From: Eledone cirrhosa
Taxonomy: Eukaryota
DNA length: 64,000 nt
Assembly (NCBI GenBank): GCA_964016885.1
Contig: OZ024753.1
Coordinates: forward strand, 1,798,001-1,862,000
Reading direction: 5' to 3'
The number at the start of each line of letters is the position of its first letter. Positions within the stretch are counted from its first letter, which is position 1. The translations under genes were made by a program, and so were the position numbers. The notes beneath the pieces are model-generated. The model did no database searches. It was not told the DNA's origin and saw only the letters and a list, made by a program, of their open reading frames with translations. Positions 1 to 12,859 of the stretch are shown piece after piece.

Positions 1-1971
1 TTAAATACAACCTTAGAATAAGAATTCTTATACTTTATCTTATGTGTATGTGAGTATAGGTATTTTATTTTTTTTATAGTTTTGTTTGTTTGTCAACATA
101 ACTGAAGCAAGACATAATTTCTGATCAAATCCCCTGCCAAAATGGAAAAAAAAAATAACATATAAAGATGATATGTGAAATAACATGGAAAATAAACAGC
201 CAAAGAGAGATTTAGTAAGAAAAACACAGCAGAACTTCCAACTGAAGTCTCATGTAACAGCACCATACGTTTATATAAAATCTTAAAGATTGTGAAACAG
301 TTTTAAAAATAACACAGTTTTGTAAGTTTTTGTCCCTTTCTCAACATTTTGGTTGGGTTGTTAGCCACAACAACCTCAGTATGATTTGAACAGGACTTTA
401 TAACCTTTATTTGTGTTTATCAATTTGTAGTCAGCTTCACTGATGCCTAAAAACTTGTATCTAACACCTTATTTTTATGGATTAACTATGTTGTGGTAAG
501 GATAATTGGTCCTTTACTCACAGCAAAGAAGAACAAAACCTCACAACAATACTTTATATTTAAAGAATTTGATCCAAGATCTGTAACCATTCCCTAAATT
601 ACCAGACAAATAGATACCCAAATAGTAGGACCTGACTGACTGCATCTCTTTCATGCCGGACATCGTTCAAACCTCCAGTCTCCTCAGTTGCCAGAATGCC
701 ATTTTTTCCAGGAAGAGTGCATCCTACCTAAAAAAGGAATCCCATAATGTGGAAGGACTGATTTAGTGGGTTTTGCTGGCTGTTCTTCACAGCAATGCTT
801 TCGCCATTTTGTCTGATGGGTGTGGGTGGGGATCACACACAAGATATACCACCTAGCAAAGGGTGTAGCGACTGCTCCTCCATTCCCTTTCTCCTTTTTA
901 CCATTATTTCTTTTTTCTCCCTTCCTGTTTATCATGTGAAATGTTTGTAAATAAAATCCCTTCTATCGTTTCACCAAAACTATATCCATCTGCTACAAAA
1001 CCACTAAAGCACGAACAATGAAAGGGTCTAACTTGAGAATACAATACAGTCAGTGTCAGTGACAGAAATTTAAATCCAAAATCTTTGAGAGGGTATGTGG
1101 AAACTCCATTTAGTCACTATGTGTTTTAAGCAAATAACTTACTGTTTGGGGATATCTTGTTTCTCTTTTTGAGAATAATATATAGACATATGTGTAAATA
1201 ATTGTTTCTACTATTGGCACAAGCCAGCAATTACTCAGTACATTACTGGTACTTTATTTTACCGACCCCGTAAGGATGAAAGGCAAAGTTAACCTCGGCG
1301 GAATTTGAACTGGCAACGGCCATAACTCAATGCGTCAAAGCATGGCGTCCGACCCTCTACCAATACTGCCAAGTCACCGACATATGTGTAAATAATGGTA
1401 AAAAGATGCATCTGTATACAATAAGAGAAAGATACATATGTAAAGATTATAGCCAGAAATGAAAGTGTGGACTGAGTATAGTCCATTTGTTGTGCAATAT
1501 CAACTGAAGATAAAACCTGAGTATTAAGTCCAGTTGATATAGCGACTGGTCATAAAAATAATTGTTTTCAGGACACAAGTAGTCCTCTACTATGTATATT
1601 GTGATACCTTCGAGAAAGATTTGTAAAGAAGTGGCAAAATTTGAGCTCAGATAAAATTACATTGATTTAAGATTTATAGGGAGTTGCTATCTTGCAAGAC
1701 TTATCAGAAACAATGCAGGAAAAGGAAATATTATATAGTTCTTATATTTATTATTATAACAAAAAAAGCTCACTGTTATTTTCTAAAAATATCAGCTTCA
1801 GCTTTAGGTGTGAAAACTGGTAACATAGGAATACCTGTTTATATTATCTAATCTTTGAATCAATGCTGGCATTATGGCTGTATACCTAACAAAACCCCTT
1901 CCCTAATCAATAAACACTGCTTTACACAACTTTTTGTTATCCATAACGTATATAGTTTTTCTTTATTTCTA

Positions 1972-1972
<1 letters not shown>

Positions 1973-2060
<88 letters not shown>
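1973..2060. repeat. (CA)n microsatellite
   Basis: Perfect CA run directly 5' of a SINE. Confidence 0.98.
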
Positions 2061-2065
<5 letters not shown>

Positions 2066-2404
2066 GGAGGCCCATGGCTTAGAGGTTAGAGCATTGGCCT
2101 TGCAATCGAAAGGTTGTGAGTTCAATTCTCAGACTGGGTGATGTGTTGTTTCCTTGAGCAAGACACTTTATTTCACATTGCTCCAGTTTACTCAGCTGTA
2201 GAAATGAGATGGTAGGACTGGGGTCCCTATCATTCCACTGTAAAGTGGACGTATAGGCGCCACGGAAAAAGCACCCACTACTCACTGTAAATGAGGTTGG
2301 TGTTAGGAAGGGCATCCAGCTGTAGAAATCAAGCCAGAATCAGTTCCCGTCCCACCCTTGCAAGCAGTGAAAAGCGGACGTACGATGATGATGATGATGA
2401 TGAT
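2066..2404 (+). mobile_element. tRNA-derived SINE with (GAT)n tail
   Basis: A box (TGGCTTAGAGG) and B box (GAGTTCAATTC), CCTTGAGCAAGACACTTTA core; near-identical copies at ~15897-16209(-) and ~45420-45741(-). Confidence 0.9.
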
Positions 2405-3573
2405 ATATACAAAAAAAAAAAAAAAAAAAGTAGTTTAGATGAGTTGATAATACAACCATGTAAGGCAAAGAATAACTCAAAGCTCAAATGTGATTTTATG
2501 GTCCACACAAAGATTATATATATTTTTTTTTTCTGAAAAGAAAAGTGGCAATGACTTCAAAGTTTCAGTTATTGCTTCTCTTATTATATCTGGAAACGAG
2601 ATGACGCAATATATATATATATGAGTGTATGTATAAGTATATATATAATGTACCTGAAATACATTGTATACCACTGATATAAAGTACACAAAATACAATT
2701 TAAAAACCACCAAAATATAGCACATACCCAGTGTACATAGAACTGCATTCAGTCACACAGTGAAAGATTAAAATAACAATAAAACTATTGAAGAAATAAT
2801 GATTCCTTATCTAGGCATGAGGACAGCAGTTTCAGAGGAGGGGAAAATCGATTATATCAACTCCTAGTATTTTACTGGAACTTTATTTTGTCAATCACAG
2901 AAATATTGAAGGCAAAGTTGACCTCAGTGGAATTTGAAGTCAGAATGTAAAGAGCCAGAATAAGTACTGCTAAACATTTGTCTTTTGTCTGACGCTCTAA
3001 CGATTCTGCCAATCCACCACCTTACTGAAGAAATATTAATAGCAAAGGGTTCTTATAAAAAAAGGAAATTGAAAAATGTATGGCAATTGAGCCATTCCAG
3101 AAGATATTAGCAATGCAAAGGAATGCTGTTCCACTTTGGAACACAAAACCGGGTCACACATTTGATTTACTGAAAAAATATACCACCATACCAAAACATA
3201 AAACACCACCACTTCCACAATAACAATACCTCCAATAAAAGGAGATTACATTAAAAAAAACTATGAACTTATAGATTATGTTGAAAAGGTGTTGGTATAA
3301 ATTTTAAGAGAGAAACGTAAAACTTACCTGATAAACAAAACAAAAAAGAAAGTTTAATTTTGACTGTCTGATTTATCTTTGGCTAATCCATATCTAGCTT
3401 AGTTTAACTTATAAATTATTTTGAAAAGATGTATAAGGATATAATTTTAAAAAAGTAGTTTAATTTGAATAATGCATATCTGGCTTACTTTAGTAGTTGA
3501 AGTAACTATAACAGCTGCCATGTTTTTATCTGTGTTGTGGATGCTTGAATTAGAAAGTTAGGTTAAGAACATA

Positions 3574-3780
3574 TCAAAGAGGATTTAATACAGGAGGTTT
3601 GGACTGAGCAATGGCTAATGCCCACTGGATGGACCAGATAGCTAATGGTCTCATATAGCCAAGAGAACGATAGACATTGTCCAGTGTGTAAGCTTCAGGT
3701 GTCTGGAATGAGAGTCCAAGGGCTTCCCAACACATGTGATAGGCTCCCCATGCAGTCTGGAATCCTTCTTTAAACATTCC
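3574..3780 (-). CDS. GBA2: GBA2 exon 17 (terminal, stop TGA)
   Basis: [12 protein letters not shown]...[10 protein letters not shown]...[19 protein letters not shown]...*; the 17 exons sum to 2592 nt (863 aa + stop) in one frame. Confidence 0.97.
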   Translation of the reverse strand, partial: GMFKEGFQTAWGAYHMCWEALGLSFQTPEAYTLDNVYRSLGYMRPLAIWSIQWALAIAQSKPPVLNPL

Positions 3781-4596
3781 CTGTAAAGAAGAAAAATATA
3801 ATGAAAATAAATATGATTAAAAATGCTTTCTAATTTTGGGAGAAAACCAACATTTTTTTTATGGGAAAGGTAAAGCTGATTATATCAACTCTGGTACTTG
3901 ACTGGTACATTATTTTATCGACCTTGGACAGATGAAAAGCTTAGTTGACAGTGCTAGGATTTGAACTCAGAATGTAGAGAGTCGGAAAAAATGCTGCAAC
4001 TGTTTTAACAACTTTGCCAATCCACTGCCCTAAAATGTGATGAATAATAAAAATAACAGTTTCTAATTCAAAAACAAGGCCAGCAATTTGTGGGTAGGGG
4101 AAAGCTGGTTATATTGAGCCCCAGGATGAAAGCCAAAATTGACTACAACAGGATTTGCAGTCAGAACATAGGGAGCTGGAACAAATATCACAGTGCATTA
4201 AATCTGATGCTTTAATGAATTTGCAAATTCCCAACCTTAATAACAATAATAATAATCTTGCCACTGATGCTGACAACAACAACAATTGTTTCAAACATAG
4301 GAACAAGGCTAGAAATGGGGAATGATTTGTCGATTAAATCAACCCCAGTTTTGACTTGAGTGCTTCTGGGTTTGGTATTACTGAAGATGAACAGTTGCAT
4401 TTGAGCTCCTATTGGTCGAAAAAGTTGCTCCATAAGGTATGTTCAACTTCATCCTCTCTGTCAAACAAACGCCCTTCCACATATCATTGTTGCAGCACAG
4501 GCATCATTAAATATGGCAAAAGTAGATCTTCCTGAGGGAAGATCTACCAGTAGCAGTTAAGAAGTCCAACAGAAACATAACATACAAACAGCTTAC

Positions 4597-4788
4597 CTCT
4601 TGTATCATAGTAGCAGCCAATGAATAGATAATTCCGACCCAAAACTCTTCAGCCTGACAATTACTGGTATCTTTCATGCAATCCAGCCTGCCACCATTGA
4701 TGGCGCCACTGTTACCATTATTTAGTTTCATTACATTGTGTTCATAAATTACATTCAGTACACTTCTGACCTTGAGTGATGGAAATAC
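4597..4788 (-). CDS. GBA2: GBA2 exon 16
   Basis: VFPSLKVRSVLNVIYEHNVM...GAING...QAEEFWVGIIYSLAATMIQE; AG/GTAAG flanked. Confidence 0.96.
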
Positions 4789-5218
4789 CTGCAATACACA
4801 ATGGAACATAATAACTAAATACCTGCAGAATACAATGGAAAATTCCAAAACATTATTACTAAATACCAACAGAATACAATGGAAAATTCCAAAACATTAT
4901 GACTAAATACCAGCAGAATACAATGGAAAATTCCAGAACATTATGACTAAATAGCTGCAGAGTATGGAAAATTCCAAAACATTATGACTAAATACCTGTA
5001 GAGTACAATGGAAAATTCCAGAACATTATAACTAAATAGCAGCAGAATACAATGGAAATTCCAGAAAATTATGACTAAAACAAAGGAATATAATGGAAAA
5101 TTCCAAAACATTATGACTAAATACCTGCAGAATTCAATGGAAAAATCCAGAACATTATAACTAAATACCTGCAGAGTACAATGGAAAATTCCAGAACATT
5201 CACTAAAACAAAGGAATA
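4783..5218. repeat. ~40-bp minisatellite overlapping the acceptor of GBA2 exon 16
   Basis: Unit AAATACCTGCAGAATACAATGGAAAATTCCAAAACATTATGACT, about 10 diverged copies. Confidence 0.9.
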
Positions 5219-5792
5219 TAATTAAACTTCCTGGAGAAGGATTGGTTCTTTCAGATTTAAAATGTTCAAATGGCACCCCTACAACTTCATCAGTGGTTAT
5301 AGGTCCACACATACATATTAAACATATTAACATTTAAACTTTAGAAATTTGAAAATATAGTCACAAAAATGCAGATAACAATAATAATAGTTGAATAGAT
5401 AATATTTAAATAAATCAGGTAATCCACCCCTGGAAATAGAAGATAGTAAATAGAGACACCAGCAGGTAATCGAACCACACATTTCTCAAATGCTAGGTGA
5501 GCATGTTTAGCAAATAATGGTTACTTAAAATGATATATTCAACTATTATGTATAAGTTATCAATTGAAATGGACCTCAATCAGTTGCAATGATGATTGTT
5601 TCAGTTATTTAATCAATGTAGCAGCCTGCTCATAAAAAGAGGGTAGCAAATGTGAAAGATTTCTCCACAGAAATACTACATCACAGTTGAGTAGTGAATG
5701 GAAGATGGTTTCTGCAAAGTCTCAGAGATCCTTTTGATAAGGGACCAAAGCAGGTAGTTCATTACAATGAGATGAAAGACTGCTATACTTAC

Positions 5793-5902
5793 TGAATCAT
5801 CCTGAATACCCGAAGCTCTAATGAACCATCGACCAATTAGTTGAGCTGCCATGATGCTGTCATGATAAGGTTTATCACTGCAATCATAGTTATAGTATAA
5901 AC
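5793..5902 (-). CDS. GBA2: GBA2 exon 15
   Basis: GLYYNYDCSDKPYHDSIMAAQLIGRWFIRASGIQDDS; AG/GTAAGT flanked. Confidence 0.95.
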
Positions 5903-6480
5903 CTGAAATGATGAACAGTAAAGTTGGTAAGATTCCTTTTTAAGAGAAAGCAACAATTAGAAGTTAGGTAATAATTAGCAAGGTCAATATAAGAATGGTG
6001 TGGATACATAAAGGTTAATATCAAGTAGACAAATCTTTACTCATTAACAGTCTCTGACCTTCAAGTTGATTTGCAGATACCCTACCAGTATTACAATAGT
6101 TGATAATTCAGAGGATTTCTTCATTATATATATATATATACTTGAATATAAGCAAACCCTATTTTATGTCACCCATTTCACCATCAATTTTTTTGTTTGT
6201 CACATAATTCTCGACTTATATACAAATAAATATGGTATATATATGGTATATCTATATACCCCGTTGGGGTCCTGAATCTTTTCATATTACCCATTCTACT
6301 TCCCCAAGTATCGAATAATCTAGTGCATTATGGTCCACCTGGTAACTTACCACACCCTCTTTGATATATATATATATATATATATGTGTGTGTATATATA
6401 TATATAAGTCACTCATCCTTCTAAACTTACTTGTACCTGTCTCACTCTTCTTCCCATCGATAATTACTATATCTATATAT

Positions 6481-6750
6481 CATCATCATCATCACCGTTT
6501 TACGTCCGTTCTTCCATGCTAGCATGGGTTAGACGGTTTGTCCTGTTGTGGGCAGTGTCTGGTCGGCTGACCGTGCCTTGCTCATACAGGAACTGATCTG
6601 GCTTGATTTCTACAGCTGGATGCCCTTCCTAACACCAACCTCATTTACAGTGAGTGCTGGGTGCTTTTTTCTGTGGCACCTACACGTCCACTTTACAGTG
6701 TGGGCTGGGTGCTTTTTTGCTGTGGCACCTCTACGACCACTTTGCAGTGG
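6481..6750 (-). mobile_element. SINE 3' body with (GAT)n tail; inverted near-identical copy at 10876-11090
   Basis: CATCATC...TTCCATGCTAGCATGGGTT...GGATGCCCTTCCTAACACCAACC; relatives at 56240-56550 and 63398-63540. Confidence 0.85.
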
Positions 6751-6862
6751 GAGGGTGTGGGGGCATATATATATATATACCCTAATCATTCTTCATGTCT
6801 GCTTTGCAACAACATCAAAAGGCAACAACAGTATTAACAGAAATACGAAGATGTTATAGTAC

Positions 6863-7005
6863 CATTCCACAGCTTTTTGTCAAATGATTCCTTTCCTCGG
6901 TGCAGGACCTCAGTGAATTTCATTTCAGTGTCTTTGTCTTCAAGAATTTTAGCCATTTCTACAGTGAGACGGAGGGCAGCCAACCAAATTCCTCCACAGT
7001 AAGCA
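6863..7005 (-). CDS. GBA2: GBA2 exon 14
   Basis: (S)AYCGGIWLAALRLTVEMAKIL...FDKKLWN(G). Confidence 0.97.
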
Positions 7006-7127
7006 CTGCAGCATGGATAAAATATGAAAATAACAAAATATGTTGTAAGAAACTACAAAGTAATTTTCTTCAATATTTAAGTTTTAAAATCTCAAAGGAT
7101 TCATCAATAACAATTCCAGTCAGTTAA

Positions 7128-7445
7128 CCCTTTAGTATTTAAATTGACCGTATCTGGCCAGAACCCTATCAACTCTTTCTGTTCAAACTGGCTGTAACTG
7201 GCTGCTCATACCTGCATTAAGGTATTGTTCTCAAAATAAATAACATAAAAATCTCATAGATTTGATATTATGTTAAATAAAGCCTTTATCTGACATAATT
7301 ACAATAGTAAATATGGAATAGTAAATATAGAATAGTAAATATAGAATAGTAAATATGGAATAGTAAATATAGAATAGTAAATATAGAATAGTAAATATAG
7401 AATAGTAAATATAGAATAGTAAATATAGAATAATGTAAATGCTAG
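7128..7445. mobile_element. piggyBac-like MITE containing an expanded ~14-bp tandem repeat (AATAGTAAATATAG)n
   Basis: Same interior as 17220; right TIR damaged; array at about 7302-7432. Confidence 0.8.
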
Positions 7446-8337
7446 TTAAGTCAGTTGAGTTTAGTTTGTATTCATCTTGAGTACTGGCATTATGTATAGT
7501 GTCTATGTCCAAGATTCCTACTTCTCTGAGTCTTAATCTACCTAGTTGTAGTAGGAAGATACAGCTCCAAACACTAAGGATCAAAAGCACTGTATAATTA
7601 ATTGATCCATTAGATTGAAAAACTGAGTTCAATTCTTCCCTGTCTTCGATCTATAGTGAATCCATAGCTAAGACACGTATCTCTGAAATGACCAAGTTTA
7701 TAACAAAGTTGTCAGGAGAACCCTTCAGCTGTCAAAGACATGACCACCTCCAGTCTTGATGATCTAAACAAATTTACCCAGTACATTCTGTAAAGTGGTT
7801 GGTGATAAGAAGGGCATCCAGCTGTAGAAAACCTTCCAAACAAAGGGTGAGGAGGACTCTTCAGTTGTGCCAGACATGACAATCTCCCTGGTGTTGGTGA
7901 TTTACATGATAAACACACCCAATACATTCTGTAAGTGGTTAGTGATAGGAAGGTCACTCAGCCATAAAAATCCTGCTAAACAAAGGATCAGGAAAACTCT
8001 TTAACAGTGCCAAAGGCTTGTCAATCTCCTTAGTGCTGATAAAATGCACTTGTTAGAGTGTATGAACATGTGTAAGCGAGATGTAGATCCCCAACATGTC
8101 TGAGCACTTGGTACAGTGCAGGCCTTCAGTCAATCTGAGTGGTCAGCAGCTCCACTTGAGTACTGACCAGTCTGTGATGACCAGTGCAACCCTTGATAGT
8201 AGAGAAAATAAATATTAAGAGATGATGATGATGATGATAATGACTATATAGTTAACAAAACTTTGATAAGTTTATTGTGCTGAATTACACATTCAACAAT
8301 ATAAAGTGGTAAAAAAGAGAGAATTGGTAAGTTTTAC

Positions 8338-8444
8338 CTAGCACCTGTAGCAGTCCAAGCATCAAATGTCTGGTCTGCAAAACCTCCATTTTCAATCAGG
8401 CCATCACCATCTTTATCCCAATGGAGAGCTTCTGTCATGATACC
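8338..8444 (-). CDS. GBA2: GBA2 exon 13 (DxDxDG Ca-binding loop and catalytic acid/base region)
   Basis: [35 protein letters not shown](S). Confidence 0.97.
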
Positions 8445-9170
8445 CTATAAAATGAAAACAGACATGTTTATTATTAAGTCCACCCTGTTGTGGTAGTGTT
8501 GCTGCCAAAACAAAAAGCACCAAGTCCACTCTATAAGGTGGTAGCATCAGAGTCATGGTAAAATGCTCCCAGTACATGCTGTAAAGTGGTTGGCATTATG
8601 AAGGGATTCAAGCCATAGAAACCAAACTAAAAAGGGAGCATATGAGCAGGACTTAGTCATCTGATCTGTCTAGCCACAGTATATAACAACTCATCTAACT
8701 TATGCAAGCCTGGGGAATAGATATTAAACAGTGATATGTAATGAGGTAACACAGAGAGCAGAAATTGATGGCTACTTATAACCTCCATGTGTGTTGTTGA
8801 ATTCAATTTAATAATGGCAGAAATGAGGACTAACCCACCAAATAATTCCTCACTTCTTCTCAATACAAGAACAACAAGAAGCATTTTAAGGTCATCTTCC
8901 CTCCATATCATAAGAGGTGACTAAAAGAGTTGGTGCCAGGAAGCATATTTGGCCACATGTCAATAAGTATTTATATAGTCAACCAAAATACAGGATGGGG
9001 TCACACCCAATGATAGTAAGAGTGTCAGTGATACACACCTTTTTCAATCTGCTATGCTGAAAAAGACCCAGCTAACCCAAGTGAGCATGGAACAATGGAC
9101 ATAAAATGATGGTGATAATTTTTATTTTTATTTTTGGCAAATCTGACATAGTAAGTATAACATGATATAC

Positions 9171-9322
9171 CTTAACTTTAGGATACATATCCTTCAAATA
9201 ATGGAGATCATTTAGGGCAGAATAGTCCCTAAATACTTGCAAGATAAACTTCAAGTTGAGGTCTTTCCAGTCATGAGTTGGGTGCAAATTGTAGGTATTT
9301 ACACGAATCCAAGGTTCATCTT
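9171..9322 (-). CDS. GBA2: GBA2 exon 12
   Basis: [34 protein letters not shown]...MYPKVK. Confidence 0.97.
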
Positions 9323-9471
9323 CTACAAAGTAAGACAAACAGGAGTCATTAACACAAACTGAGAATAACAGAATAGGAGGAAAAGAAAGATAGGCAACAG
9401 TTTCAAGAATTTCAAAAATAAAGCAAAACAACAAATCTAAAGAAAATGAAGAAAATAATTCTTTCACAAAC

Positions 9472-9579
9472 CTGGATCTCCTAAATCATGGGGAATAGAT
9501 TTTGGTGATTTATTTGGACCTTTGCTGCCACACATTAGATACTCAACAATAGTGGCATCTTCTTGGTCAATAGCTTTGG
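9472..9579 (-). CDS. GBA2: GBA2 exon 11
   Basis: [18 protein letters not shown]...IPHDLGDP; conserved PHDxG motif. Confidence 0.96.
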
Positions 9580-9889
9580 CTGAAAGACATAGCAACAAAT
9601 ATGTAGATTATATATTTATATCAGACAGCAATAATGTTTGGTGTGTCAATGTGCCGGACTAATCTCTAACAATTATACTTCATTAATATATCATTCTGTA
9701 CACCAAAAAAATGTATACCTATATATACATATGCATACACATACAAATGCACACACACACACACACACACTGTTCTGCTCTTTTCAAAAATGACTTGCTA
9801 AATAATGTGGTTTCATGTGGTACAGGATGTTATGAATTAATGGTTCTCTAGAGAGAATTATTGTTTCAAGATTAAAAGGGATATCTTAC

Positions 9890-9994
9890 CTATATCATAT
9901 TGAAGACACAACTGTAGTTTGGGCCATAAGGTCAGAAGAGCAAATGAAGCATAAAAATGAACATCATACGTATTGTACATTCGATATTCATGAC
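9890..9994 (-). CDS. GBA2: GBA2 exon 10
   Basis: [35 protein letters not shown]; GH116 signature. Confidence 0.97.
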
Positions 9995-10388
9995 CTTTAA
10001 AGGAATATAAAGAAACCTTATGAATTACTGAAGTGCTGAGAATGTTTGAAATCTGAAAATATGAAAGACCAAAATGCAGAAAATAAACCATAGTGAAGGC
10101 AACCCATGTGGGAGAGCAGTCACTCTGAATAAAAAATGATACAGGGTTGAGAGGGCACTTAAGTCTTGCCAGACAACCTGTTTAGAGCTGTTGCTATGAT
10201 AAAATGCACCTAGCCCATACTGTAAAGTGGTTGGTGATAGGAGGGGCATCCAGCCAGAAAACTTAGTAACAAACCAGGAGTATTATCATCATTATTATAA
10301 GTTCAACCCATGCAAGCATGGAAAATAGATGTAAGAAATCAGAAATATGGTAATGAAAGGGTTAGAAAGACTGACTTTGTTTTGTTAC

Positions 10389-10549
10389 CTTCAAGATAAG
10401 CAAACTTGCCATATTCTTTTATCACAGCTGGTATTTCTTCTTGAGAAGCAGAGTCAGAGTTTGGAACATGATCCAACCATACAGTGCCACCATCACTTAC
10501 ATAATAGAGTTCATTGAATAAAGCTGACTTGTACCAAGCAGGAAGATCT
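10389..10549 (-). CDS. GBA2: GBA2 exon 9 (contains the catalytic nucleophile Glu in FAYLE-G)
   Basis: [24 protein letters not shown]...EYGKFAYLE; AG/GT flanked. Confidence 0.97.
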
Positions 10550-10834
10550 CTAAGACAACAGGAAGGAAAGTATTAACAGCAATTTTATTAACCATAAACT
10601 ATAGAATATTTTGTTAACCCTTTTCTTACCGCATTTCGAATGAAATACAGTGGAACCTAGGTTCATGTACTTAATTTGTTCCTAAAGGCTGTTCGTGACC
10701 TGAAATGTTCATAAACCAACACCCTTAGCACTAGGCCAAGCACCTCCACAATTGTTTCCATTGCTGGGACATTTTATCTAATTTTCTAACTTATTATTTA
10801 TAGGAATCATCAGCTAATTTTTGCATTTCGTATA

Positions 10835-10875
<41 letters not shown>

Positions 10876-10876
<1 letters not shown>

Positions 10877-11090
10877 AAGTGGACGTGTAGGCGCCACGGA
10901 AAAAAAGCCCCCAGCACTCACTGTAAATGAGGTTGGTGTTAGGAATGGCATCCAGCTGTAGAAATCAAGCCAAAATCAGTTCCTGTATGAGCAAGGCATG
11001 GTCAGCCGACCAGACACTGCCCACAACAGGACAACCCGTCTAACCCATGCTAGCATGGAAGAACAGACGTAAAACGGTGATGATGATGAT
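10876..11090 (+). mobile_element. SINE 3' body with (GAT)n tail
   Basis: Reverse complement of 6481-6690. Confidence 0.85.
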
Positions 11091-11349
11091 ATATGTGAGT
11101 GAAATTGGGTAGACAGAAACTGTGTGGAAGTCTGTCAGATGGACTGTATCTATTACTGAAAAGTCAAGCCTAGTTACATTATGTCATGTCAATTCCACTT
11201 GAGAGTTACATTTAGGGTCTATGTGTGTGGAATACTCAGCCATATATATGCTAATTCAATGAGTAGGTGGCTCAGTTAATTAAACAACTGGTCACTCGTA
11301 TGTTGTTCTTGATGAGACAGTTCATCATACATAAAATATATATACCTAC

Positions 11350-11475
11350 TTGTTCTGTAGGACAGTATTCTGCCATTCTTCAATCTTCTGTTCCCATGTT
11401 TTATAGTTATTTAGGGCATAACTACAGATCTGAGGTGCAGCTTGGGCTTTGTGGCCAAACCAGCGAGTGTAACGT
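11350..11475 (-). CDS. GBA2: GBA2 exon 8
   Basis: RYTRWFGHKAQAAPQICSYALNNYKTWEQKIEEWQNTVLQN; AG/GT flanked. Confidence 0.95.
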
Positions 11476-11709
11476 CTTCAAAGTAAAGGTAAAAAAACAA
11501 AAATTAATACTTTGTGTTGTCAAAGAAGATATGTAGCCAATCTCTTGGATTTTAATTGTTGAGAATATAAAGAATAATGTGCTCATGCACATAGATGCTA
11601 TAGAATAGCTTATAAAATAGGGCAGAGATCCTTAAAAGACAGAAAAAGAAGTTGCCAGCAGCCAAAGGCAACTTTGTTTTCCATCTTTTTAGGATCTCTG
11701 CCCTATTTT

Positions 11710-12082
11710 ATAAGTGATTATATAGCATCCCTGTGTATGAGTACATCACTATAAGCTATTCTAGAGCATCTCTATACATGACTACATCACTATAAGTTAT
11801 TCTATAGCTTATAGTGATGTACATGAGTACATCATTAAAGGCTATTTTATAGCATCTCTATACATGACTACATCATTATAAGTTATACTGTGACATCTCT
11901 GTGCATGAATACATCATTATAAGCTATACTATAGCATCTCTGTGCATGAATACATCATTATAAGCTATACTATAGCATCTCTGTGCATGAATACATCATT
12001 ATAAGCTATACTATAGCATCTCTGTGCATGAATACATCATTATAAGCTATACTATAGCATCTCTGTGCATGAATACATCATT
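11710..12082. repeat. 41-bp minisatellite grown from one arm of an inverted repeat
   Basis: Unit ATAAGCTATACTATAGCATCTCTGTGCATGAATACATCATT; last copies identical. Confidence 0.92.
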
Positions 12083-12178
12083 CTTTATATTAACTTTGTG
12101 TTGTATTTCTATATAAATATTTTTCCAAAATGGAAAGCATGTTTTTGATACTTCCATAGAAAGTAGTGTGTTATTTAC

Positions 12179-12350
12179 CTTCGATAATTCTGTTCCTTTG
12201 ATTTGAAATGAATATTTGGCATGTCCCAGCAAAGCGAGAATTCCATTTGCTTAGAAGTAGAACCCGCTGCAACTGTACACTTGCAGCATACAGCTACTGC
12301 ACATTCAGTGTTTTTTCTGGTTGGTTGACTTTTACTTTCAAGGTCAGCTT
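12179..12350 (-). CDS. GBA2: GBA2 exon 7
   Basis: EADLESKSQPT...AVAVC...MEFSLCWDMPNIHF...YRR; AG/GT flanked, frame consistent. Confidence 0.93.
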
Positions 12351-12759
12351 CTGCAAGATAATAAATAAAACTTCAATAGTCAAAGTCCTGCTGCAGAGAA
12401 AACAAATATAACACTGCCTATAATTTTGAAAATATTTAAGAATTTTGATAAATTTAGTAATATAACAAATTTTGACATTGTTCATATGCCACTCCCCCCC
12501 CCCCCAACTCTTCACTGCCTTTCTCTTCTATTACATCCTACATTTTTTCTCTCCTCTGTCACCCCTCAACCACCATTCTTATCTATTTTCTATCATTGCT
12601 CTTTCTTCTATTCCCACTGTCACTGATGCACACTAACACTGCACAACTCATGGAACAATATCATCAATCAGGCTAGGCTCATTAATTAAATGAATAGCAA
12701 TAAGATAAAGTGTAAACATCACTAAAAATGAAAAAAAGTAGTATATACTTTGTATTTAC

Positions 12760-12859
12760 CACTTTTGGTGAGGAAACCGTCTTCATGGAGATCTTTCCAA
12801 ATGTCTTCTCCAGAACCACAGGGATCAAAATATACACAATGGCTGGCTAAGAGATCAGG
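12760..12859 (-). CDS. GBA2: GBA2 exon 6
   Basis: PDLLASHCVYFDPCGSGEDIWKDLHEDGFLTKS; FDP..G..W.DL..DG motif; AG/GT flanked. Confidence 0.93.

Noticed and set aside
684-935. 83-aa minus-strand ORF
   Set aside because: No recognisable family and no splice context; the region may be a highly decayed retroelement 3' end, but I cannot support a call
2070-2140. tRNA-like sequence with A and B boxes
   Set aside because: It is the head of a multi-copy SINE and lacks a proper acceptor stem, so it is not a tRNA gene
4783-12082. Regularly spaced ~40-bp repeats resembling CRISPR arrays
   Set aside because: Head-to-tail tandem units without unique spacers, inside eukaryotic introns
12351-12392. Alternative upstream CAGCAG acceptor for GBA2 exon 7
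   Set aside because: Would add 37 or 40 nt and shift the frame
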